Source of the DNA: Escherichia phage pro147
Length of the DNA stretch: 32,675 nt
Strand: one strand, 5' to 3'
Sequence record: NC_028896.1
Shown here: positions 1 to 8,457 of the stretch, piece after piece
Layout: each line of letters begins with the position of its first letter
How positions within the stretch are numbered: the stretch's first letter is position 1
Position numbers and translations under genes: made by a program
The notes under the pieces: model-generated
Databases searched by the model: none
What the model was told of the DNA's origin: nothing
What the model saw: only the letters and a program-made list of their open reading frames with translations

Positions 1-13
1 GTCAGTTATTGGT
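1..13. repeat. Left copy of 13-bp terminal direct repeat gtcagttattggt; candidate prophage att core (attL/attR)
   Basis: Identical 13-mer at 1-13 and 32663-32675, flanking a complete P2-like gene set with the integrase adjacent to the right copy. The repeat may extend beyond the window. Confidence 0.55.
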
Positions 14-87
14 GACATTTTTTGATATCTAATCACATGAAATAAAAGGATTTATTTCTAGTCACGTCCACACATTGACCACATCGA

Positions 88-121
88 CAAAAAAGCCCCC
101 TCGACTGAGGGGGCTTTCTGT
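88..121. terminator. Intrinsic terminator hairpin downstream of ogr (bidirectional)
   Basis: Perfect 9-bp stem agccccctc (94-102) / gagggggct (107-115) with 4-nt loop gact. An A-run precedes it on the plus strand (a T-run on the minus strand after the stem) and ttctgttt follows on the plus strand. Confidence 0.7.
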
Positions 122-127
122 TTGTAA

Positions 128-346
128 TTACATCCACATAATTTGCTGCCCTGACGGCAATGGGTGCGGCCTTACGGCGCGGACTTCTCCCGGCTTGACG
201 ATGTATCGCTGTACCGACTCATAAGTGATGAACGTGGCACTACAATTCACGTTCTGGCACTGATGATAACGCTCTTTTGTCGTGTCAGTGATATAGCGGC
301 TTGTACGCGCATGTGCGGCATGCTGGCATAAAGGACAATGAAACAT
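128..346 (-). CDS. ogr: Late transcription activator Ogr (C4 zinc-finger), 72 aa
   Basis: Translation MFHCPLCQHAAHARTSRYITDTTKERYHQCQNVNCSATF... matches P2 Ogr as recalled. The internal ATG at 344-346 is preceded by AAGAGGTG (strong SD); the track ORF 128-409 carries a 21-aa N-terminal extension judged spurious. Confidence 0.9.
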   Translation of the reverse strand: MFHCPLCQHAAHARTSRYITDTTKERYHQCQNVNCSATFITYESVQRYIVKPGEVRAVRPHPLPSGQQIMWM

Positions 347-427
347 CGCGAGCACCTCTTCCGGTTTGGTTGATGGTGCCATTTTAGTTAAATTATCCTT
401 ATAAAACAAACAGATAAAATAAAAACA

Positions 428-1591
428 TCACTCATCATCTTCTGTTTCGTACTCCACATCAGAAAGCCTGACCTCAAGCTCCAGGGACGTCGTGAAGCCG
501 CTATTATTCAGAAAATGTGTCACCTTAGTGATTGTCCAGTCCTGCTCGTCTATGACGCGCTTAAAGCCTGACACTTTAACCGGTGTTTCCGTGTAAATAT
601 CTGCCCGACCGGTAGCCAGGCTGATGGAGAACTCCGCAACGCCCCGTTGCAGTTTATCCCACTTCGCCTGAGCGGCGCGCATGGCCTGCGCTTTCGTGGC
701 ATATACCGTGGTCAGGGCAAAAACATTGTCAGCCTCACCGGCCATATATTCACCTTCGCGCGCTTCCGGTACTTTTGGCTCTTTCTTCTGCCTGACCGGT
801 TTCGCTTTCGGGTGCTCCAGTGCGCGCAGGTGTTTTTCTTTCTTTTTGCGTTTCAGTTTTACCTTCTGCTTTTGCGGCTTCGGGTCTTTGGTGTGTAACC
901 ACTTTGCCGTTACGCCGGTATAGGCTCCACGGTCAGCAATCGCAAAATGATGACGGTCGCCGTCGCTGCGGGTGATGGTAATCTGCGGGATTTTTTTACC
1001 GCTGGCCGTCACCCCCTGCCCCGCTTTGAGAAACAGCAGTTTTCCCATTTTTACCGACACCTCACTGCCGTTGCGTTCAGCAAGACGGGTCAGGAATTTC
1101 GCATCAGACTCCTGCGACTGGTCGATGTGCGGGATTTTAATTCCTGCCAGTGACGGCGCGACACTGGCTTCCAGCCTGTTACGGGAGGCTATCGCCTCAA
1201 CAATCGCACCGAGCGTGGTGTCATGCCATGAGCCTTCCCGGCGGGAATTGAGCGTCCCGCGAAAATCTGCACTCCGGGCACGGATGGTGACCACATCCGG
1301 CGCGCCCCGGTGTTCAACCTCATCAACGGTAAATTTCCCTTTGCATACCAGGGCAAAACCTTTCCAGCCGATATACACCGTCAGGACAGCGCCACGAACC
1401 GGCAGCCCGACCTGCCCGTCGGCATCGTTCAGTTCAATATCAAGCTGGTCAGCCTCAAAGCCCCGGTTATCCGTCAGGGTCATGCTCATCAGACGGTCAC
1501 TGATATTGCCGGTAATATCTCTGCTGTCGAGCATCAGCATGTAATCCGGCGTCAGCGTACTGCCTGCATCAAATGTCAGCGTATCCAGCAT
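428..1591 (-). CDS. D: Tail protein D (late control gene D), 387 aa
   Basis: 387-aa ORF in the P2 gpD position between ogr and U; length identical to recalled P2 gpD; GC-rich backbone. Confidence 0.9.
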   Translation of the reverse strand: MLDTLTFDAGSTLTPDYMLMLDSRDITGNISDRLMSMTLTDNRGFEADQLDIELNDADGQVGLPVRGAVLTVYIGWKGFALVCKGKFTVDEVEHRGAPDVVTIRARSADFRGTLNSRREGSWHDTTLGAIVEAIASRNRLEASVAPSLAGIKIPHIDQSQESDAKFLTRLAERNGSEVSVKMGKLLFLKAGQGVTASGKKIPQITITRSDGDRHHFAIADRGAYTGVTAKWLHTKDPKPQKQKVKLKRKKKEKHLRALEHPKAKPVRQKKEPKVPEAREGEYMAGEADNVFALTTVYATKAQAMRAAQAKWDKLQRGVAEFSISLATGRADIYTETPVKVSGFKRVIDEQDWTITKVTHFLNNSGFTTSLELEVRLSDVEYETEDDE

Positions 1592-2070
1592 TATCCCGCC
1601 CCCGTCATACCCGTGAATTTAGTTGCCATACTGCCCGCCTTACCGATGAGCGATTCCGCCTGTTTACCGATATCGCCATAAAGCGCGGCCAGTGATTCAT
1701 CAACGCGGGTAAGTGACAGCGTAAAATCAATTTTCCGGGGTGTGCCGTCTGCAAAGAAAATACTCCCTGTTTCACTCACCCTGCTGATGACATACATGCC
1801 GTAAATCATGCCGGTGCCATCCAGCAACGGCCACGCCCGGCCTTCCTCTGCCATCAGCCTGAGCGTGGTCATCGTCAGCTTTCCGCCGGTCAGTTCGGGA
1901 TAAAGCACACCGGCAAGCGTGATGTTTTCCTCGCCAACACCGAGAAACTGAAAGGCATCCCGTTTACCGATACGGGAATTTGACGGCCAGCGATAATCTG
2001 ATTCACGCTGCATGGTCTGGTGTGGCAGCGTCTGGCGCATAAAAACAAACATACCTAACGCGAGCATCAT
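1591..2070 (-). CDS. U: Tail protein U, 159 aa
   Basis: 159-aa ORF, 1-nt overlap with D; position and length match P2 gpU. Confidence 0.9.
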   Translation of the reverse strand: MMLALGMFVFMRQTLPHQTMQRESDYRWPSNSRIGKRDAFQFLGVGEENITLAGVLYPELTGGKLTMTTLRLMAEEGRAWPLLDGTGMIYGMYVISRVSETGSIFFADGTPRKIDFTLSLTRVDESLAALYGDIGKQAESLIGKAGSMATKFTGMTGAG

Positions 2071-2084
2071 TTTTCGTCACCTCC

Positions 2085-4532
2085 TTAACCGTCATGCATC
2101 ATGCTGGCACGGGCGCGCGCACGTTTATCCCGCTCGTATTTTTCGAGCGCATCCTGTAACTGGCGGTCGAGCTGTGTCCCCGGCGCAGTACCACCCGTCA
2201 GGCTGATGTGATATTCGTTTTTACTCTGGTCCACATAAGAGCGGCCAGCCGGTGCCGTGACCGGCTGATAAGCCTGATAGCCTGCATAAGAGCTGGTCGC
2301 CGGAATATAACCACCGGTGCCATACGTGGCGGCATGAGTTCTGGCGGCGGTCTGGTCAAGTGTGTCTGACTCTTTGTTGATAACACCGAGTTTTTCCAGT
2401 ACCCAGTCAATACCGCTGCGCAGTTTGTTGAACGCATTAAGCGGCAGCATCAGCGCGTCAGCCAGTGCCTGCCCGAACATGACGCCCGTGTCACGGCAAC
2501 GGTTCAGGGTGTCCTGGGTGGCTTTAACCGGAGCAATCAGGTTTGTAAACCACTGCCACGCGGCCTGTAACTTTTCGCCCAGCCAGTCAAACATCGGTTT
2601 CAGTGGCGTGAACAGTTCCCCCACCGACGCAAAGGCCGCTTTCAGCCCTTCCACCACACCGCCAAAGAATGCGCTGACAGGCTCCCAGTATTTACGGATA
2701 AGCAACGCCCCGGCGACAATGGCAGCCACCACGGCCACAACCGGCCAGCTAATCGCCCCGATGGCCGTCATAACGGCACTACCAACCGTCGTGAAGATTG
2801 CCCCCATTGCGCCTGCTGCCGCGATGATGGCATTGATGCCGGTGATAACCGGCCAGGCTATGAGGCCAATGGCACCGATGACACCAGTCAGCGCCAGTGC
2901 ACCACCGACAATGATGCCGATGGTTGACGCCAGTGATTTGTTTTTCTGTATCCAGCCGTCGAGTTTTAACACATACTTTGTGGCCGTCTGCGTGAGATTA
3001 CGCAGTGCGCCTTCCTGTTGGTCAAACAGGTCAGTCCCCACCGCCTCATAAGCGGACTGAAACTCCTTAAAGTCACCGCCGAGGTTATCCTGCATGATAT
3101 TTACCAGCTCGGCGGTCTTCCCGTCTGAGGCTTTAAACGCAGCGGTCAGTTTGTCCAGCTTTCCGGTTGAGGCGGCAGTCATCAGCACGGCGGCGGCTGA
3201 GCTGGCCTCCTCCCCGAAAATAGTTTTCATGTATTCAGCCTGCTGGGCAGTACCGAGCCGGTTTTTCTCAAAACTGGCCTGCATTTCTTTCAGAATGGTA
3301 AATATTGGCCGGGTGTTTCCCTTGCTGTCTGAGGTTTTCACTCCAAGCTCTTTGAGTGCATCCCATGCTTTTCCCGTCGGTGCCTGCAGGCGGCTTAACA
3401 CGGCACGGCTTCCCGTCCCCGCCATTGAGCCTGTGATTTTTGCATCATGCAGCCCCCCGACCATTGCGGCGGTTTCTTCAATGCTGACACCGGCATTTTT
3501 TGCCACAGGTGCGGCATAGGTCAGCGCATCGCTCATGCCGTCAAAATCGGCGGCGGTTTTGTTCATCGTCATGGAGAGAACATCCCCGATATGAGCGACC
3601 TTATCGTTTGAAAGCTGAAAGGCGGATTTCATCCCCATCAGCAGGGCGGCGTTTTCTTCCATCGTGCGGCGGTTCGCCAGCGCCATATTCAGCGTGACCG
3701 GCGTTGCCGCCTGAATGGCATCAACATCCCCACCCGCTTTCGCGATGATTATCTGTGCACCGGCCGCATCATCCGCCGAGGCTGCGGTATTGTCACCGAG
3801 CTGGCGCGCCTGTTTGCGTAGTGCGGTCATTTCGGCGGAGTCTTTTGCCACTCCGAGCACGGCCTGCAATTCTGAGTTTTTCTGCGCAAACTCATAACCG
3901 GGCATCAGCAGCTTAACTCCGGCCATCGTTCCCGCCGCCGCAATCCCCACACCGGCAGCGCCCACCGAGGCCATATTTCCGGCCAGTTCCTTTCCGGCCT
4001 GATAACGCTGTTTGACTGCGTTAAGTTTTGCCTGTTGCGCACTGACACGCGCCAGCGCATCACGCTGACGGTTAAGCTGTGCGGTGGTTTCACTGATACG
4101 GTTTTTCAGTCCCTGCTCATCATGTGCAAGATTGCGGGTATTAATTCCCACAGCGGCCAGTTCCCGCTGCTGGCGTTTAACGGAATCCGTCAGGCGGTTA
4201 TATTTCGCCTGTAAGTCCTCCGCCGCACGCTTTGCGGATTCCAGCACTTTCGCCTGAGCACGGGTCGGACGTTCGGTGTTTTTAAACTGTGTGGCAAGGG
4301 CTTCGGCTTCCTGCCGAGCCTTTTCAAGTGCATGACCAGTCACGGCGAGCTGTGCACTGGTCTTGCGGAATCCCTCAATACGGGATGCGTGACCGTTCAG
4401 CTCGCGCAGTGATTTTTGTGTTTCCCGGATATCCCCCGACAGCGACTTGCTCGCTGTGCGGATGGATTTAAACGGGCGGGATGCCTGGTCAACAGCCCTG
4501 AGCAATACCTGTAATTTTACATTGTTACTCAT
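2085..4532 (-). CDS. T: Tail tape measure protein T, 815 aa
   Basis: 815-aa ORF with coiled-coil-like N-terminus and hydrophobic Ala/Gly-rich central segments typical of tape measure proteins; position between E/E' and U. Confidence 0.9.
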   Translation of the reverse strand: MSNNVKLQVLLRAVDQASRPFKSIRTASKSLSGDIRETQKSLRELNGHASRIEGFRKTSAQLAVTGHALEKARQEAEALATQFKNTERPTRAQAKVLESAKRAAEDLQAKYNRLTDSVKRQQRELAAVGINTRNLAHDEQGLKNRISETTAQLNRQRDALARVSAQQAKLNAVKQRYQAGKELAGNMASVGAAGVGIAAAGTMAGVKLLMPGYEFAQKNSELQAVLGVAKDSAEMTALRKQARQLGDNTAASADDAAGAQIIIAKAGGDVDAIQAATPVTLNMALANRRTMEENAALLMGMKSAFQLSNDKVAHIGDVLSMTMNKTAADFDGMSDALTYAAPVAKNAGVSIEETAAMVGGLHDAKITGSMAGTGSRAVLSRLQAPTGKAWDALKELGVKTSDSKGNTRPIFTILKEMQASFEKNRLGTAQQAEYMKTIFGEEASSAAAVLMTAASTGKLDKLTAAFKASDGKTAELVNIMQDNLGGDFKEFQSAYEAVGTDLFDQQEGALRNLTQTATKYVLKLDGWIQKNKSLASTIGIIVGGALALTGVIGAIGLIAWPVITGINAIIAAAGAMGAIFTTVGSAVMTAIGAISWPVVAVVAAIVAGALLIRKYWEPVSAFFGGVVEGLKAAFASVGELFTPLKPMFDWLGEKLQAAWQWFTNLIAPVKATQDTLNRCRDTGVMFGQALADALMLPLNAFNKLRSGIDWVLEKLGVINKESDTLDQTAARTHAATYGTGGYIPATSSYAGYQAYQPVTAPAGRSYVDQSKNEYHISLTGGTAPGTQLDRQLQDALEKYERDKRARARASMMHDG

Positions 4533-4952
4533 TCGTGTTTCCGCTTCGCCGGAGCGCCTTTTCGCGCCATGTGATGAGTTCGGTCAGGCTCATGGGATAC
4601 AGTTCTGATGGCGGCCAGTGAAATATCACTGCCACATCCGCCATCAGGTCATCGACCGAGAGATTTTTCGGGAACGTCACTGCACCGAGTTCGGCGACAA
4701 AAAACCGACCACCTTACCGGCCAGCGCCACAAGGTCAGGCAGTTCCAGCGCGGCGACTTCCTGCTCGGTCAGCATCGGTGCCGTCATGCGCGGCAGCACT
4801 TTAATCAGTGCATCGACTTCGGAGTTTGCGACCGCAGCCAGACTGACACCGCGCAGCGTCCCCGCACTGGGTTTCATCAGCGTGACCTGTTCGATAACCT
4901 GCTCACCACGCTTGACCGGATTGGTCAGGGTAATCACATTTTCTTTGTTCAT
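4525..4952 (-). CDS. E': Tail assembly chaperone E+E' fusion produced by -1 programmed ribosomal frameshift (about 142 aa)
   Basis: Manual translation of the -1 frame after the TTTTTTG slip site gives VAELGAVTFPKNLSVDDLMADVAVIFHWPPSELYPMSLTELITWREKALRRSGNTNE, then TAA at 4525-4527 overlapping the T start codon. Total 85+57 = 142 aa, the size recalled for P2 E+E'. Confidence 0.75.
4677..4952 (-). CDS. E: Tail assembly chaperone E, 91 aa
   Basis: 91-aa ORF immediately upstream of T; ends ...GFLSPNSVQ with the slippery heptamer T TTT TTG (minus-strand sense of 4698-4704) near its 3' end. Confidence 0.88.
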   Translation of the reverse strand: MNKENVITLTNPVKRGEQVIEQVTLMKPSAGTLRGVSLAAVANSEVDALIKVLPRMTAPMLTEQEVAALELPDLVALAGKVVGFLSPNSVQ

Positions 4953-5008
4953 GGTTTTCTCACTTCTTAATCAGGGTTAACCGGTCAGCCAGGCTGACCG
5001 GATGAAAA

Positions 5009-5527
5009 TCACAGGCCGATATTGCGGCGGTGTTGCTCCAGCCGGTCGACGCCGTTCACCTTCTCAATCATGTTGATGGTGTCGATTTCGACCAGCTCCT
5101 TACCGTCCATCGTCAGCCGGAAATAGGTGCAGACCACGGAGATTTTCGACTCGGTGTCTTCTCCCTGTTTACCCTCGCCGGTGTCGATTTCTTTCTGACG
5201 TCCACGCATGACCACCTCGACGGCCACCGTTTCGCCGGTATCGTCGCGCTGGTAAGAGCCTGCAAAACGAATCGGCACGGCATCCACACCGGTTGCGGCG
5301 TAAAGCTCCCAGATAACCGAATCCGGGAAGCCACCCAGCGACCACTCCATTGACAGCGCATCGTCATCAAGGCCGAGGTCTACCGGTGCGCTGCCGTTCA
5401 TCCCCGCACCGCGATAGTTTTCGAGCTTACGGGTCAGTTTTGGCAGCGTGACGGACTTTGCAACGCCCTGATAGCTGTAGCCGTTCAGAAAGACGTTCAT
5501 TAACTTGAGTTTGCGCGGCATTGCCAT
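5009..5527 (-). CDS. FII: Tail tube protein FII, 172 aa
   Basis: 172-aa ORF directly downstream of the sheath gene; length and position match P2 gpFII. Confidence 0.9.
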   Translation of the reverse strand: MAMPRKLKLMNVFLNGYSYQGVAKSVTLPKLTRKLENYRGAGMNGSAPVDLGLDDDALSMEWSLGGFPDSVIWELYAATGVDAVPIRFAGSYQRDDTGETVAVEVVMRGRQKEIDTGEGKQGEDTESKISVVCTYFRLTMDGKELVEIDTINMIEKVNGVDRLEQHRRNIGL

Positions 5528-5539
5528 CGGTCAGGCTCC

Positions 5540-6730
5540 TTAATTGCTTTTAACCGAAGTGACCAGATTTGCCAGGTATTTATCGGTAATACGCTGGCGC
5601 AGGGTCAGGTTTTCGAGAGGAGGCACCGGGGTATAGTCATAGTCGATATACAGTTTTCCGGCCTTGAGGGTTTCCGCATCGTTGGATTCTTCGCTGAACC
5701 AGCAGGTCGCATCCACGATATAGCCGTTTGTTTTCAGCTCACGGAATTTGGCATTGATGCCGTCAACGATGTCGCGAATCAGCGTTGCGGTGATGGGCTT
5801 GTCCACCGCCCACATATGCGCCTCAGCCATCGTGTCGGCCAGCACCTGCGCGGTGCGGGTGTAGTTTTCAAAGAGGAACAGCGGGTCATCAGAGCAGGTA
5901 CGGTTACCCCAGAATCGGAAACCGTCGCGGCGAATCAGCGTAGTGACGCCTGACTCGTTAAGCAGGTCAGCATCGGTGCCGGACTCCTGCAAATCCCAGA
6001 ATACAGATGCGCTGATGCCGGTAACACCGTTTACCCCGACGTTGGACAGCGTTTTATGCCAGCCCTGCTCCTGGTCGATTTTAGCGCGCAGACCCAGCGC
6101 ACGGGCGGTGGCATACGCGGTGGCGGTGGTACTGTTGACCGTATCCCATGCGAGGAAATCCGGCCAGATGACCATCAGCTCACGCTGGCTGAAATTCTGG
6201 CGGTAGGCTTTCACCTCGGAAATGGTTTTACAGCCCCATGCGCTGATATACCCGAAAGCGCGCAACTTCTGACACACTGATGCCAGTGCAACTGCCACCT
6301 CTTTGGTGTCCAGTCCCGGTACGCCGAGAATACGCGGTTTAACACCGGTTACCGACTCCGCCGCCAGCAGGGCTTTCAGTCCGGTGTACTGACCGTTTTC
6401 GTCGGTGGTGCCGATGATATTGGAAACGGTCTGCGCGAGTTTCGTTTCCTCGTCGTCGCCGGTGCCGTCTTCCACACGCACAACAACGGTGACCGGTTTT
6501 GACTGGTCGGCGATGGCCTGCAACGCTGCCGCCAGCGTGCCTTTTTTACCGGCCTTTGCAATTGCGCTCTGCACATTGGTAATCAGCACCGGTTTATTGA
6601 GGGGGAAGATTTCCGCATCCGCATCGCTGGCCGTGCAGACCAAGCCGACAATGGCAGTGGATACGGTGGAAATGACGCGGGTGCCGTCGTTAATCTCCAG
6701 CACCTGCACGCCGTGATGATAGTCACTCAT
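5540..6730 (-). CDS. FI: Contractile tail sheath protein FI, 396 aa
   Basis: Translation from MSDYHHGVQVLEI... matches P2 gpFI as recalled. The internal ATG at 6728-6730 is preceded by GGAG; the track ORF extends to 6751 with 7 extra residues. Confidence 0.9.
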   Translation of the reverse strand: MSDYHHGVQVLEINDGTRVISTVSTAIVGLVCTASDADAEIFPLNKPVLITNVQSAIAKAGKKGTLAAALQAIADQSKPVTVVVRVEDGTGDDEETKLAQTVSNIIGTTDENGQYTGLKALLAAESVTGVKPRILGVPGLDTKEVAVALASVCQKLRAFGYISAWGCKTISEVKAYRQNFSQRELMVIWPDFLAWDTVNSTTATAYATARALGLRAKIDQEQGWHKTLSNVGVNGVTGISASVFWDLQESGTDADLLNESGVTTLIRRDGFRFWGNRTCSDDPLFLFENYTRTAQVLADTMAEAHMWAVDKPITATLIRDIVDGINAKFRELKTNGYIVDATCWFSEESNDAETLKAGKLYIDYDYTPVPPLENLTLRQRITDKYLANLVTSVKSN

Positions 6731-6834
6731 CCGTTTAACTCCGTGGTTCATGGGTGCAACTATTTTCTGTTGTGCAGAGCATGAGACGCTATTTGACCTG
6801 GCTGGTCAGTGGATGAAACAACAGATAAAGAAAA

Positions 6835-6853
6835 GGCGGGCAATCCGCCCGCC
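6835..6853. terminator. GC-rich hairpin between the FI start and the cargo gene; likely terminator/insulator
   Basis: 7-bp stem ggcgggc (6835-6841) / gcccgcc (6847-6853), loop aatcc; A-rich run to the left (T-run on the minus strand after the stem). Confidence 0.5.
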
Positions 6854-6989
6854 TGTCCTGATTTGAACTTACTCATTTTCCGACTGACAATTTACATAGC
6901 CAAAACACTATCATTTCCCTGACGTTAAGTTGTATCTTTGATAGGATTAAAAAATGTATAGATAGCTTATACTACTGAGGGAACAAAAA

Positions 6990-7799
6990 ATGACGCAAAT
7001 TAGTGAACGATGGAAGCACAACGGCATTACTAAAGGTTATTGCAATATTTGTGGAAAATATGACCTCCTCACAAAAGATCATGTTCCTCCAAAGTGTGCC
7101 ATAACCTTAGGTCCTGTTCTTCAGAAAACAGTTAGCGAATTTTTTGGTGTTCAGGAACCAGTTAAACCATTAAATGCTAAAAACGGCTCTTATTTCAAAA
7201 CCATTTGCAGCCACTGTAACAATAAGGTGTTAGGTGGACTCGACGTTGCAATTGAAAATGTAGCAAAGTCCTTTAAAGAACAGTTGAGTCAATATATGAA
7301 TGGTATGAGTGTATTTCCATTCATTAGAATACCTTTTGATAGCATATCTTTCACTAAGGCTATGATTGGACACGTGCTATCGGCAACTTCAGTTGAAGAT
7401 TGTAAAAAAGAACCCGTAGATAGCCCCTTCTATACACCTTTAAAAGATTATGTTTTGGGTAAGAATCCAAGTTTTGAGGAGACTCATGATATTTACTACT
7501 GGTTTTACCCACACAGAATGCACATATCAGCTCAAAGTGTAGCATTTATGAACGAAGGACATGTAGCATTTATTTGTGCTTTACATTTTTTTCCTATCGG
7601 TTTTATTATCACAATTAAAAATGAAGGAATATACCCTGCACACTCAACAAAATTAGAGCTTAAAGATAAATTCCTTACATTTAACATGACATCTGTAAAT
7701 TATGAGTATACGACATTTCCATTTGTAAATCTTAAGGGAAACCAAATGTATGCTATAAGCAACGGCCATACATGTGTGAGTTATCCAATAATTAAGTGA
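6990..7799 (+). CDS. Hypothetical 269-aa protein with N-terminal HNH-nuclease-like motif, in the P2 Z/fun cargo position; candidate anti-phage / superinfection-exclusion protein
   Basis: AT-rich ORF on the strand opposite all flanking late genes; ATG at 6990 preceded by GAGGGA. Motif string CNICGK...KDHVPPK...N...CSHCNN resembles the CxxC / DH / N / CxxC signature of HNH endonucleases. The C-terminal ~180 aa were not recognised. Confidence 0.6.
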   Translation: MTQISERWKHNGITKGYCNICGKYDLLTKDHVPPKCAITLGPVLQKTVSEFFGVQEPVKPLNAKNGSYFKTICSHCNNKVLGGLDVAIENVAKSFKEQLSQYMNGMSVFPFIRIPFDSISFTKAMIGHVLSATSVEDCKKEPVDSPFYTPLKDYVLGKNPSFEETHDIYYWFYPHRMHISAQSVAFMNEGHVAFICALHFFPIGFIITIKNEGIYPAHSTKLELKDKFLTFNMTSVNYEYTTFPFVNLKGNQMYAISNGHTCVSYPIIK

Positions 7800-7853
7800 C
7801 TGCTAGATCATAAAATCGACGCAAGTTCACTTTCTACATATACCATCTATAAT

Positions 7854-7877
7854 GTCCGCTCTTGGCACAGAGCGGAC
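7854..7877. terminator. Hairpin between the convergent cargo gene and tail fiber assembly gene G
   Basis: Perfect 9-bp stem gtccgctct (7854-7862) / agagcggac (7869-7877), loop tggcac; sits in the 127-bp gap between two convergent stop codons. Confidence 0.55.
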
Positions 7878-7926
7878 TGTCAGATTAGGCTTTACTCTAT
7901 GCAATAGATATGTAAGCTCATACAAC

Positions 7927-8457
7927 TTATTGCGGCATTTCCGGCCATTCAGGATTTGCAGGATCCACACGGCTGACCAGAACGCTGTAGCGTTCCCATG
8001 CTTCCAGTCGTGTGCGCTCCTCGTCTGTTGCCATATTCAGCCTGACAGCGCGTTCCAGCGGCTGGATGACTGATTCAGCTTCGGAAAGCAATGCGGCCTT
8101 TTGTAATTCGGCCTGTTGTTGCTGTTCGTCTGCCGTATAAATCCGTTTAACTACAGCTCCATCCTTAAACATCCACTTACCGGAATCATCAGCGCGGCGG
8201 TTGGCTGTAATATCGGAAACCTCAACGACGCTAAAACCTTCAGGGTTAAGCGTGGAGGCATCTTTAGTGATGGCGACAATAATATTATTCTCGTCATAAA
8301 GAATTTTTATTGTGTCTTCCTGAAAGTTCTTTAATTCCTCGTACCAGTTTTTACCGTCTTCGGACCATAACCAGATAACATCAAAATTCTTTGTTAGCTG
8401 GTATTGTTCGACAGTTTTAGGGTTTCCAGACTTAATATTTTTTAAATGCTGCATCAT
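7927..8457 (-). CDS. G: Tail fiber assembly protein G, 176 aa
   Basis: 176-aa ORF immediately downstream of the tail fiber gene; position and length match P2 gpG. Confidence 0.85.
   Translation of the reverse strand: MMQHLKNIKSGNPKTVEQYQLTKNFDVIWLWSEDGKNWYEELKNFQEDTIKILYDENNIIVAITKDASTLNPEGFSVVEVSDITANRRADDSGKWMFKDGAVVKRIYTADEQQQQAELQKAALLSEAESVIQPLERAVRLNMATDEERTRLEAWERYSVLVSRVDPANPEWPEMPQ

Noticed and set aside
128-409. Longer 93-aa version of the ogr ORF
   Set aside because: The internal ATG at 346 has a strong Shine-Dalgarno sequence (AAGAGGTG) and yields the canonical 72-aa Ogr; the upstream extension is non-conserved.
647-1544. Plus-strand ORFs (647-898, 681-923, 947-1153, 972-1544) inside tail gene D
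   Set aside because: Antisense shadow ORFs within a conserved GC-rich structural gene; low-complexity translations and no start context. The same reasoning applies to other antisense ORFs in the track, such as 2362-3051, 3094-3519, 8846-9679, 10301-11011, 14345-14836, 19397-20107 and 20621-21070.
6731-6751. Upstream in-frame ATG for FI (MNHGVKR...)
   Set aside because: The recalled P2 gpFI begins MSDYHH and GGAG precedes the 6730 start, so the 7-residue extension was not adopted. It cannot be fully excluded.
6768-6788. Possible Ogr-box (TGT-N12-ACA) for the FI late promoter
   Set aside because: Only an imperfect TGT-N12-ACG match was found, and its distance from the FI start is shorter than expected; not asserted as a feature.
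6752-7926. P2 Z/fun homologue
   Set aside because: The single ORF here is on the opposite strand to what is expected and contains HNH-like cysteine/histidine motifs; it is treated as different cargo, although homology to Z/fun cannot be excluded without an alignment.
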